Positions 1 through 9,205 of a stretch of 64,000 nucleotides of DNA are shown piece by piece (position 1 is the stretch's first letter; every line of letters begins with the position of its first letter). The position numbers and the translations under genes were made by a program. The notes under the pieces are model-generated. The model saw only the letters and a list, made by a program, of their open reading frames with translations. It did not search any database and was not told the origin of the DNA. Location: the NCBI GenBank assembly GCA_000004985.1, contig GG738853.1; one strand, 5' to 3'. Origin of the DNA: Naegleria gruberi (taxonomy: Eukaryota).

Positions 1-6
1 CGAGAA

Positions 7-3000
7 ATGTTCATTCCCTTCCTTCTTCAATTCTTTCTGTGTTGGTTTGTTGTGTGGTGTGTTCAGACTTTTCTCCCGCCACCCGACAAGACTCCAAACA
101 ACACTTCCTCTACTGTAAATAATAATTATCAACAACACAAAGAAAACAACACGAAGGAATTACATAGAAATGATGAAGGAAAGTTATTGTTTTTGTGTGA
201 GTTGAGAGAGACGAGGGAGGCTTTGCAAAAGGATTTGGAGGAATTAATTAATACTAATAATAATAATATTCATCATGATGATGATGATGACGATAATTTA
301 GTAATACAAAAAGAAGAGGATAATGTAGAATTAATATCTAAATTATCAAATAGTGATGAGAAGGAAATATTAATGGAATGTAAAGAAGAATTCGGATTGG
401 AGACAATTAGTAATGTAATTCAAGACGATCATCATTCTAGTCTTCAAAATACTACTACTGAAGACGAAGAAAAACTTGCCGAATTTATTCAGGCCATCAT
501 TCATGCTCATGACAGCAATAGACACCTACGAAACCAATATCATTCCATTGAATTGATCGGACAAGTGTGTAGGAATTATTTGGAAAGGAAGGAACACGAT
601 CAAGAAAGAAACAGTCTCACCAATTTACAATCATTGATTAAAAGAAGATTTAATCAACAGGTTATGAAGAGTGATTTGGAAAAACTAAACTTAGTGACGG
701 GTTTTTTGCATTCCAAGCAGATACAGTATCGTATTGCTGAGGAGATTGTCATGTTGAGAATGATTCAATCAGTCATTAGAGGAAATTCACAATATTGTGA
801 TTTCAAGAACCAAGTTAATTGTACTGTTATGGTGCAAAGTCGCTGGAAGTCTGCATATTTGAGAAGGGAGTTTGATGAGATGAAAGAAACTTGTCAAACA
901 GTTCAGAGTTTAACAAGAGGAAGAACTCTAAGAGCTCATTTCACACAATTTGTACAAAATGCTAGTTTTATTCAAGGTATTATCAGAAAATATCAAACTA
1001 ACAAGCTTGTCAAGGATAATTTGGCAATTATTGAAGTAATTCAATCTTGTATGATTGGTAGAAATGCAGTGAATTCTTTTGTAAACTCAAAAACTTGTAT
1101 TGAGGCTATTCAAGCATTTTTAATTGGAAAATTAGAAAGAATCAGAACTAAAGAATTGGAACATGAGAAATGTAAAGTGGATTGCACATCCACATTACAA
1201 GCCACAATGAGAGGAAATTTAGTGAAGAGAGAAAAGGAGTTTCAATTATCAGCTGCTGAATGCATTCAAGCAACTATTGTAGGTGCCTTAGAGAGAAAGT
1301 TACTTCATCAAGCTTTAACAGAGCAATCATTCTTAACCGATGTTACTTTAATGCAAAGTTTAATTAGAGGAAAAATCGAACAAGATGCAATTGAAAAATG
1401 TTGGAATTTAGTAATATCACTGCAGAGTTCTTTAAGAGGTTACAAGGAAATACAACAATTCGCAACCTCCTTGCAGTCTACGGAGATTATACAGTCTCTG
1501 GTTAGAGGGGCTTGTGAGAGGAGAAAATACTCAACTGCTGTTCAAAATATTGACACGTTGCAAACCTTTTTCAAAGCTCAAATAATCAGGAGCGAATTAT
1601 CCCAATACCAGAATTCTTCTCTTTTACTAGGAGCTTTCTTTGAGAAACATTCAGCCAAAAGGAAATTCAGAGAAGAGAAGCAATCATTGACAAATATTCA
1701 AGCGATATTGAAAGGACATCTTTCTAGAGAGAACTATGCAAGCTCGATATGCAGTGTAATAACTCTTCAAGTTAATCTCAGATCAGCCCTTACAGCCAGA
1801 GAGGTCAGCAAAGAAATGGACGAAATAACCACAATTCAGGCATTTCAAAGAGGTAGTATCTGCAGAAGAGAAGCATCCTCTAGTTTGGCATCAGTTTACT
1901 ACTTGGGAGGATCAATTATTGGAAAAATTGAACGTTCTACCTTTTTGAAATGTTTATCCTCGGTTTATGATATTCAAGCTTCAATAATTGGCTCTATTAA
2001 AAGAAAGAGATTGAAACATATATACGCTCTAGTAGAAAATATCTTAGCTCTAAGAGAAAGAAAGATTGAAGAAGAGCTTTTGCAAAGCAGTATTCAAAAA
2101 ATTACTATTCTCCAATCTATTGTTAGAAGAAACAATGTCCTTACACCTAACGTTGCATTAACAATACAATCGAATGTCAAGGGATATCTTATCAGAAGAG
2201 AAAAACATGAGGCAACGGAGAACATTAAGACTCTATCAGGCTTTCTTCAATCATCTCAATCAAGAAAGGTCCATCAAAGCAAATTGACACAAATCATTCA
2301 ATTGCAAGCAATTATTCGTGGAAATTTATCTAAAAAGTATAGAGATCAAAGGAAATCTGATCTATTATGTTTACAGGGCTTAATAAGAGGTTATTTGTGG
2401 AGAAATGAATCCTATTTGTATATTCCTAATACTAGCTTGGCAGTTGCTCCAATTTCTGTCACTGAAACCATCAAGAGAATATTTGAAGATGAAATCACAG
2501 AGGATTCATCAGATAGCAGTCCTACTGAAGTTATTCCTCCAACCAGTAGAAGAGTTCCATCGTTTGATGCAGTAACAGGAGGAAGATCTAAACTTTCCCA
2601 ACTTATTAAGGACAAAGTTACAAAGTCACCAGTTCTTGATCTTTCAAATATGAATATCGAATCTCTTCCACCAATAGGAACAGACTGTTATCACATAACG
2701 GATTTGAATCTCTCCAAAAATATGTTAGTAACCTTACCAGAGTGGTTCTGTGACAAGTTTCCGAACCTTAAAAGGTTAAATTTGAGTGGAAACAGATTTT
2801 TCGATACTAACAAGTTACTTTCAGAAAATTTATCACCAATTTCTCAAACTTTAACCTTCCTTGATTTGAGCAAGAATAGATTAGAGTACTTTGAATTGCA
2901 TTACATTGATGAAAATGATAACGTTATGACCACAAATTTCCCAAACCTAACTAGTTTGAATTTGAGTTATAACCAACTTTTGAATGTTTCCAGTGAAATG

Positions 3001-6000
3001 TTTGAGCTCGTCTCTTTAAACAAACTTGAAAATCTAGATCTCTCACATAACCAATTGCTTACTTTTCCTACTTTGAAATCTTCTGATCTATTAAAGAGAT
3101 GGAAGGATTTCAAGGTTATTAATTTGGAACACAATTCTTTCCTCCAATCTGAAATTGGTAAGATATTTTACATGTTCAAAAAGCGTCCAGACTTGTTGAA
3201 ACAATTGAAAGGTCAGCTCTATAAGCGAGGAGCTGCCAAGGAGAGTGAATCAAAGCAAGTAATGGATGATTTGGAAATTAATGCAGAGATTGGCGCTCTA
3301 ATGGAGGAGGAAACTCAAACGGAAATGACAGAAATGGCTTATCATGATCAATTCAAATCCAACCTCACCTCACTAGGAAGTATAAGAACTATCAACACTA
3401 ATAGTGACTATGATTCAGAAGATGATGAATTGATGACTGATAGATCTTTCTACAGCTCTACATCTAATTTATCTTCTGGAGGAATTAGTCCTAGATTTAG
3501 TTCTCCAGCTCTTCCAAGAAAGAACAGAGCTAATTCAGCATCTCCATTCTTGTTAGGTCAAACTCCAAAACATAGCAATAATACAGAAAGTACAGAAGGT
3601 TCACCAAGAACTGATCTGGAAAAAGATACCCCAGAACTAGATTCTCCAAAGACACCAAGATTAGAACTTTTAGGACAACCAAAGCCAATATCAATCAATG
3701 TTTTGACTCCAATATCAGGTCAGGCCAAATATAGCTTTATTCAAGATATTCCAACAGTGCAATCAACAAACACACCAACTACTTTCACTCCTCCTGATTA
3801 CGAAACTAAAACTGTAAATATTCCAAAGCTCAATTTGAACTCAGCTCCATCACCTAATACTCCAAACAATCAATTAACTTTGAATGCTGACAATTTCCTT
3901 TCCGCTCGTTCTGCGTCTTCTGATAATATGAGTACACCTAATTCTTCATTGGCAAGTCCTGTTGTTGAATCTGAAAATTTGATCTTTATTCTCAATACTG
4001 AAGCTCTCAAAGACTCTTTCAAAGATTTCTGCGAAAAGGAACACTCTGGAGAGTCTATCGAATTTTATGATGCTGTTTCTTCATTCAAGAAACTCTCTAA
4101 CCCAGTCGAAGTTAGAGATCTTGCCTGTAATATTTATGATTTATTCATAAATCCAATAGGAAAACACGCCCTTAATATAAATAAGAAACAAATAGATAAG
4201 GTAAAATTGGATCTATTCAAAGAGGATGGAACACTCACAGAAGTGGTTTCAACTGGAACTTTTGATTCTTTATTATATTATGTAAAAATGAATTTGATGG
4301 ATCCTCTGAAAAGATACAAGGCAACAGAGGAATTTAAAAAGTTGGATGAATTTGTCAAGATGCCACCTGTGGATATTCCACTACCAAGACCAAAGTGGGG
4401 CACAGCAAGACATCCACTTTTGAAGGTTGGAGAATCTAAAAAACAATTCAGAAGAAAGAAAATTCCATACCTTTCAACTCCAAAACCTTCCACAACCAAC
4501 AGTAATAACAGTACTAGTGAGGACAGAACACCTACTATTCAAGGAAGTATTTCTCCAATCCCAGAGAGAAAGAGTATCAATATCAAACAGATGAAGAATA
4601 GAATTAACAACCTTATGGAAATTTTACACTCCGAGAGAAAGTACCTCTCGTTTCTCATAGATTTATGGGAAATGTATTACATGCCTCTCGTGGATAACAA
4701 ATATTTGAAAGGAACTGAACAACCTGTTTCTAAAAAGAGAAAATCCACTTCTGAGCCACCAAGCACAAGCGAAGATTCGACTCTCAAAAGAAAAATCTCG
4801 TTCATTGATAAGATTTTCAACAAGCAAAAGAGTTCTTCCTCATTAAAGGATGAAGATAAGAGATTGGTCGGTAAGAAGGATGCTCTCGAGATGTTCCCAG
4901 CCAATTTATTTACCATTATCACTTTCAACAAGAGCTTTTTAGTTTCATTGGAGGAGAGATTTGCACTATACAGCGAGGAGCAAGAAGGTTCAATTATTCC
5001 AAGAATGTACAACATGATGATTGGAGATATATTCGAAAAGAGTATTCCATACTTTAGAATTTATGAAAATTATTTGGAAACTTATGAAAGTTGTATGAAC
5101 AAAATTAGACAAGTCAGAGCTCAAAACAAGGAATTTGACACCTGGATTAAGAAACGTAAATCTCACCCAAGAAGTAGAAATTTGGAAATTAATTCACTAC
5201 TTGTGGTTCCTGTTCAAAGAGTTGTCAGATACAAACTCTTAATTGAAAATCTTATTGAAACAACTGAGGAAGATCATCCAGACCATATTCACTTACTTAA
5301 AGCTCTGGATATGATTGTGGATGTTGCCAACCAACAAAACAATAATATTCGTCTTACTAATAACCGTGTCAAGGTGAGAATGTTGACACAACTCTTTGAT
5401 TTTTATGAACAATTGGGAGCTTCCTCAATTTCTTCAGGAGGTGTTGTAGAAGATAATTTATTAATTAGAGAAGGAGATGTAGAGATTCAAATAATGAAGG
5501 ATGAAAAATCCAGTCCAAAACGATCCTACAAGGTTCAGAGAGCATACCTCTTTACTAATGTCATTATATTTGTGGAAAAAACCAAACAAGTTGACAAACA
5601 AATTACACAAGAAGAAAATACCAAATCATCAGAAAGCTCACAAGGTGAAACAAATACCAATATGGAGTTGAGAAAATCCTCATCGTTCGTTATGAGAAAA
5701 TTAAAGAAGAGTGGATCTGAAAATAACCTTACCAACTCACCACCTATGCACAAGTCAATCAAGGTAGAGAAGAAGCATTTCCGTTTGGAGGATGCCTTTG
5801 TTTCAGGAGGATCAGCACTTACCATTGAAATTCGTTTCACAACACCATCCATTCACTCCCTCAAGTCATATTCAACCAATGATTTGACATCTGTTGGAAA
5901 TTTTAATATTGGATCAACAATCAACTCGGCACGTAGTGCAAAATCATCAAACAGTACAGAAGATATGCCAGATTCTGCCAGAAAACGATCTTTCAGTCTT

Positions 6001-6195
6001 TTTGGGAAATTGACAGGCAAACACAAGAAACAAACCAATATTTCCAAAGATCAAACAGTTGCAGTATTGAGTTTTGATTCCTCTGAATTGAAGAATGAAT
6101 GGCTTTTTGATTTGGAATCATCTATCAAGGAAGCCAAACAACGAGCAGCCAACAAGGCAAGCAAACTCCAAATTTCCTCATCCTTTACAAATTAA
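7..6195 (+). CDS. Large multidomain signalling protein, 5'-partial. It has about 25 IQ calmodulin-binding motifs (nt ~480-2400), leucine-rich repeats (~2600-3130), an RGS domain (~3981-4345), and a DH (RhoGEF) domain (~4590-5340) followed by a PH-like region (~5400-6120). Architecture is RGS-RhoGEF-like.
   Basis: Uninterrupted 2062-codon ORF open to the window edge, so the 5' end is probably cut off. Repeated IQxxRGxxxR-type motifs. LRR consensus LxxLxLSxNxL. RGS signature FxxFCxKExSxExIxFYxAV. DH signature (LMEILHSERKYLSFL...VVPVQRVVRYKLLIENL). Basic/hydrophobic PH-like C-terminus. The first ~30 codons are hydrophobic and may be UTR or intron rather than true N-terminus. Confidence 0.75.
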   Translation: MFIPFLLQFFLCWFVVWCVQTFLPPPDKTPNNTSSTVNNNYQQHKENNTKELHRNDEGKLLFLCELRETREALQKDLEELINTNNNNIHHDDDDDDNLVIQKEEDNVELISKLSNSDEKEILMECKEEFGLETISNVIQDDHHSSLQNTTTEDEEKLAEFIQAIIHAHDSNRHLRNQYHSIELIGQVCRNYLERKEHDQERNSLTNLQSLIKRRFNQQVMKSDLEKLNLVTGFLHSKQIQYRIAEEIVMLRMIQSVIRGNSQYCDFKNQVNCTVMVQSRWKSAYLRREFDEMKETCQTVQSLTRGRTLRAHFTQFVQNASFIQGIIRKYQTNKLVKDNLAIIEVIQSCMIGRNAVNSFVNSKTCIEAIQAFLIGKLERIRTKELEHEKCKVDCTSTLQATMRGNLVKREKEFQLSAAECIQATIVGALERKLLHQALTEQSFLTDVTLMQSLIRGKIEQDAIEKCWNLVISLQSSLRGYKEIQQFATSLQSTEIIQSLVRGACERRKYSTAVQNIDTLQTFFKAQIIRSELSQYQNSSLLLGAFFEKHSAKRKFREEKQSLTNIQAILKGHLSRENYASSICSVITLQVNLRSALTAREVSKEMDEITTIQAFQRGSICRREASSSLASVYYLGGSIIGKIERSTFLKCLSSVYDIQASIIGSIKRKRLKHIYALVENILALRERKIEEELLQSSIQKITILQSIVRRNNVLTPNVALTIQSNVKGYLIRREKHEATENIKTLSGFLQSSQSRKVHQSKLTQIIQLQAIIRGNLSKKYRDQRKSDLLCLQGLIRGYLWRNESYLYIPNTSLAVAPISVTETIKRIFEDEITEDSSDSSPTEVIPPTSRRVPSFDAVTGGRSKLSQLIKDKVTKSPVLDLSNMNIESLPPIGTDCYHITDLNLSKNMLVTLPEWFCDKFPNLKRLNLSGNRFFDTNKLLSENLSPISQTLTFLDLSKNRLEYFELHYIDENDNVMTTNFPNLTSLNLSYNQLLNVSSEMFELVSLNKLENLDLSHNQLLTFPTLKSSDLLKRWKDFKVINLEHNSFLQSEIGKIFYMFKKRPDLLKQLKGQLYKRGAAKESESKQVMDDLEINAEIGALMEEETQTEMTEMAYHDQFKSNLTSLGSIRTINTNSDYDSEDDELMTDRSFYSSTSNLSSGGISPRFSSPALPRKNRANSASPFLLGQTPKHSNNTESTEGSPRTDLEKDTPELDSPKTPRLELLGQPKPISINVLTPISGQAKYSFIQDIPTVQSTNTPTTFTPPDYETKTVNIPKLNLNSAPSPNTPNNQLTLNADNFLSARSASSDNMSTPNSSLASPVVESENLIFILNTEALKDSFKDFCEKEHSGESIEFYDAVSSFKKLSNPVEVRDLACNIYDLFINPIGKHALNINKKQIDKVKLDLFKEDGTLTEVVSTGTFDSLLYYVKMNLMDPLKRYKATEEFKKLDEFVKMPPVDIPLPRPKWGTARHPLLKVGESKKQFRRKKIPYLSTPKPSTTNSNNSTSEDRTPTIQGSISPIPERKSINIKQMKNRINNLMEILHSERKYLSFLIDLWEMYYMPLVDNKYLKGTEQPVSKKRKSTSEPPSTSEDSTLKRKISFIDKIFNKQKSSSSLKDEDKRLVGKKDALEMFPANLFTIITFNKSFLVSLEERFALYSEEQEGSIIPRMYNMMIGDIFEKSIPYFRIYENYLETYESCMNKIRQVRAQNKEFDTWIKKRKSHPRSRNLEINSLLVVPVQRVVRYKLLIENLIETTEEDHPDHIHLLKALDMIVDVANQQNNNIRLTNNRVKVRMLTQLFDFYEQLGASSISSGGVVEDNLLIREGDVEIQIMKDEKSSPKRSYKVQRAYLFTNVIIFVEKTKQVDKQITQEENTKSSESSQGETNTNMELRKSSSFVMRKLKKSGSENNLTNSPPMHKSIKVEKKHFRLEDAFVSGGSALTIEIRFTTPSIHSLKSYSTNDLTSVGNFNIGSTINSARSAKSSNSTEDMPDSARKRSFSLFGKLTGKHKKQTNISKDQTVAVLSFDSSELKNEWLFDLESSIKEAKQRAANKASKLQISSSFTN

Positions 6196-6620
6196 TAATA
6201 TTATTCAATTTTTCAAAAATTACTATTATTTAATACTATTTACAAAAAAAGAATTTAACAATCATTCTGATGAGTGAAGAGTGCATGATTATGATGTTTT
6301 AAAAAAAGATAGCAAGAACCAAACAATTCCGATTAATAATATGACACCCACTGATATCAAGAAGAGAGTTTGTTGCTCCTTAAATTTGGCATTCTCCACA
6401 TTATTGAAAGCTGTTGAAGAAGCTGAAGACAAAAAGGGAAAACTGTATATTTCCAAGCAGCATCAACAGTAACCTCAACTCCTTATTGCAGCTGAGTTAA
6501 TATATAATACTACAGTAAGCTCAAAAATAGTCAGACGAGCACTAAAAAGCGAAGGCTGAGGCGAGTCTGTAAAAACATCTTATAAAAAAACAACTCAACA
6601 ATAGAGTATAAAATCAAAGT

Positions 6621-7934
6621 ATGATGGGAAGGTTGAGCTATTCTAAGGGCGTACTCTTGATGGCTCTTTTGGTCATTCTCGCTGTGATTGCATGCAGTGA
6701 TAATGTCCATGCTGCTCCAGCTACACCAGCTGATCCAACAAGGAAACAAACAAAGCCAGTTGCAGCTTCCCCAGCCACACCAGCTGCTAAACAAACCAAT
6801 TCATCCATTACGGAAATTTTCACATGTTTTGGAATCAAATCTGATGATAAGAAGGTTTGTAATGGTTTAGGAACTTGTATTGGAAAAGATAAATGTCGTT
6901 GCATGCCTGGAAAAGCTGGTCCAGAATGTAAACACAGTGGCGGTTTACCTCCAAAACCACAACCAAAGATTATCAATTCTCTATCCAAGAATAACTCTAC
7001 AAAGCCAGTAATTAAACCAGCCTCTATTACAGATCCATCCACTAAGAAAAAGGAAATTTTCACATGTTTTGGAATCAAATCTGATGAAAAGAAGGTCTGT
7101 AATGGTAAAGGAACTTGTATTGGAACAGATAAATGTCGCTGCATGCCTGGAAAAGCTGGTCCAGAATGTAAACACAGTGGTGGTTTACCTCCACCAAAAC
7201 CAAAACCCCAACCAAAGATTAAACCAGCCTCTGTTACAGATCCATCCACCAAGAGTAAGGAAATTTTCACATGCTTTGGTATTAAGTCTGACGAAAAGAA
7301 GGTTTGTAATGGTTTAGGAACTTGTATTGGTAAAGATAAATGTCGCTGCATGCCTGGTAAAGCTGGTCCAGAATGTAAGCACAGTGGTGGTTTACCTCCA
7401 AACCCAAAACCACAACCAAAACCACAACCAAAGATTATCAATTCTCCATCCAAGAATAACTCTACAAAGCCAGTAATTAAGCCAGCATCTATTACAGATC
7501 CTTCCACCATTGGTTTACCAATTCCACCAAAACCACAACCAAAACCTTCTCAACAAAAGCGGAAAGAATCTTTAATCAATAACACCATTAAACCTAAAGA
7601 AGTTGAACCAAAGAAGGATATCAAAATAGATGAAAATCCTGAAAAGAAAGAAGACGAAAAGAATAATGAAAAAACAAAAGAGAAGAGTTCACAAAACAAG
7701 AAACTCAAGAGATGTGGAAAGAAAAAGTGCCAGAAGAGAAAGAATAAGAAGGAAACAAATCAAACAACCACCGAAAAGCAAAAGCTTGACACTATTATTA
7801 ATATGATTAGAAAATTGATTGCTTCAAAGAGAAAGCCAAGTCCACAACCAAATCAAACACCTGTTCAATCTGCTAATGGTCAAAAGTCATCTGTAAACAT
7901 TTCCAATATTATTAATGTTGAAAACGAGCATTGA
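6621..7934 (+). CDS. Secreted protein with three tandem 6-Cys EGF-like repeats separated by Pro/Lys-rich linkers, and a lysine-rich C-terminal tail.
   Basis: ATG at 6621. N-terminal signal peptide (MMGRLSYSKGVLLMALLVILAVIACS). Three near-identical units EIFTCFGIKSDxKKVCNGxGTCIGxDKCRCMPGKAGPECKHSGGLPP. The antisense 290-aa ORF (6638-7510) is a repeat artefact. Confidence 0.7.
   Translation: MMGRLSYSKGVLLMALLVILAVIACSDNVHAAPATPADPTRKQTKPVAASPATPAAKQTNSSITEIFTCFGIKSDDKKVCNGLGTCIGKDKCRCMPGKAGPECKHSGGLPPKPQPKIINSLSKNNSTKPVIKPASITDPSTKKKEIFTCFGIKSDEKKVCNGKGTCIGTDKCRCMPGKAGPECKHSGGLPPPKPKPQPKIKPASVTDPSTKSKEIFTCFGIKSDEKKVCNGLGTCIGKDKCRCMPGKAGPECKHSGGLPPNPKPQPKPQPKIINSPSKNNSTKPVIKPASITDPSTIGLPIPPKPQPKPSQQKRKESLINNTIKPKEVEPKKDIKIDENPEKKEDEKNNEKTKEKSSQNKKLKRCGKKKCQKRKNKKETNQTTTEKQKLDTIINMIRKLIASKRKPSPQPNQTPVQSANGQKSSVNISNIINVENEH
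6813..7420. repeat. Three tandem near-identical DNA repeat units (periods about 240 and 207 bp) encoding the EGF-like modules.
   Basis: The string gaaattttcacatg(t/c)tttgg...aaacacagtgg(c/t)ggtttacctcc recurs starting near 6813, 7053 and 7260. Confidence 0.8.
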
Positions 7935-8098
7935 TATTAATAAATATTACTTAACAGGATTGTAAAGTTTGATCCCCATCTTGTAAAATATTAGCAAAAG
8001 AGATGTAGTGGTCTACTGACCGGGGAATTTTCATCATCTCACAAACTTTATTATCACAATTGAGTATATCTTCAATAAACTTTTGTTATTGAAAAAAA

Positions 8099-8908
8099 AT
8101 GCAACACGGCCAAGAGCATCCAGTTTCTCTCTCACTTGTTGATTTTATTTTCTTTCGTGATGAAGATCACTCCACACCATCATTGGAACAATTTCAAACT
8201 CTGATCCGTAATTTCAAGAGGAAAATTAGTGAACCTAGAAGTAGATTTTCCACTAAACAAATCGAAAATTTTGATGATTTACCAATTAAGGAAGAATTAT
8301 TGAGAGGAATTTATGGAAATGGATTGGAAAAAATGTCAGAAATTCAAAAGAAATGCATCTTGCCAATTATTTCATCAGAACCGCCTGTAGATGTACTAGT
8401 TGTGTCTGGAACTGGAACTGGAAAGACATCAAGCTATTGTATTTCAATTATTCAAAGATTGGATACTAGTCGAAAGTTGACTAAACTTTGTCCACAAGCA
8501 ATAGTAATTGTTTCATCGAGGGAATTAGCTTATGGAGTTTCCAGAGTAGTTGAAAATTATGGGAAATATCTGAATGTGAAATCTAAACCTCTAGTTCTCT
8601 CACCAACCAAAGAAATAGATGACAATTGTCATGTGCTTGTAGGAACAGCAGGAATCACGTTGGCTTATCTCAAAAATAGAAAGCTGGATGTTAATCAGTT
8701 GAAAATTCTAATATTTGATGATATAGATGATTCAATATCTGGAAATCAAATTTCATATGACAATATTTGTGACATTTTCAAAAAACTCAAGAAAATTAAT
8801 TTACAAATTTGCATCTATTGTTGTGGAGTGATATCAGAAAAAACACAAGAATTGATTGAAAAAGAGCTTAGAGACCCAGTGATTATTAAACAGGATATTA
8901 GAAAGTGA
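8099..8908 (+). CDS. eIF4A-like DEAD-box protein truncated to the N-terminal RecA domain. Motif II is degenerate (DEAD -> DDID) and motif III SAT is replaced by CCG.
   Basis: Collinear with eIF4A. Q-motif region (GIYGNGLEKMSEIQKKCILPII). Motif I VSGTGTGKT. Motif Ia SSRELAY. The DEAD position reads FDDIDD (nt ~8717-8731). The ORF stops right after the motif-III region; no domain-2 motifs (IV-VI) were found downstream. Confidence 0.6.
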   Translation: MQHGQEHPVSLSLVDFIFFRDEDHSTPSLEQFQTLIRNFKRKISEPRSRFSTKQIENFDDLPIKEELLRGIYGNGLEKMSEIQKKCILPIISSEPPVDVLVVSGTGTGKTSSYCISIIQRLDTSRKLTKLCPQAIVIVSSRELAYGVSRVVENYGKYLNVKSKPLVLSPTKEIDDNCHVLVGTAGITLAYLKNRKLDVNQLKILIFDDIDDSISGNQISYDNICDIFKKLKKINLQICIYCCGVISEKTQELIEKELRDPVIIKQDIRK

Positions 8909-9205
8909 ATATTTATTGGAAAGTGATTATTGGAATCTCGAATGCTTAATGATTCTATTGTAGATCCAATGGAAGCAACAAAAGACATGACTCGGTTATT
9001 TATGGTGTTTCTTTTTTTAGATAAACATAGCAAGACTAGCTGGTGGAGTTGATTTAAAGTGACCATCCCAGCGCTGGGATGGTCGATTGCCGCCAAAAAT
9101 CCCGTTGCCACTGTAGTTCATTGTAGTGTTGAACACTGATCCAGTCCTAATTATAGATTTCTTTCAAATTCTGGAAAGTTTGAGAAAACAGTTGTTAACA
9201 AAATA

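Noticed and set aside
2412-6047. Several 60-110-aa minus-strand ORFs inside the 2062-codon gene
   Set aside because: They are embedded antisense in a continuous domain-containing ORF, and their products have no recognisable features.
6638-7510. 290-aa ORF antisense to the EGF-repeat gene
   Set aside because: It lies entirely within the tandem repeat, and its openness is a consequence of the repeated sense-strand codons. The sense strand has a signal peptide and a coherent Cys pattern.
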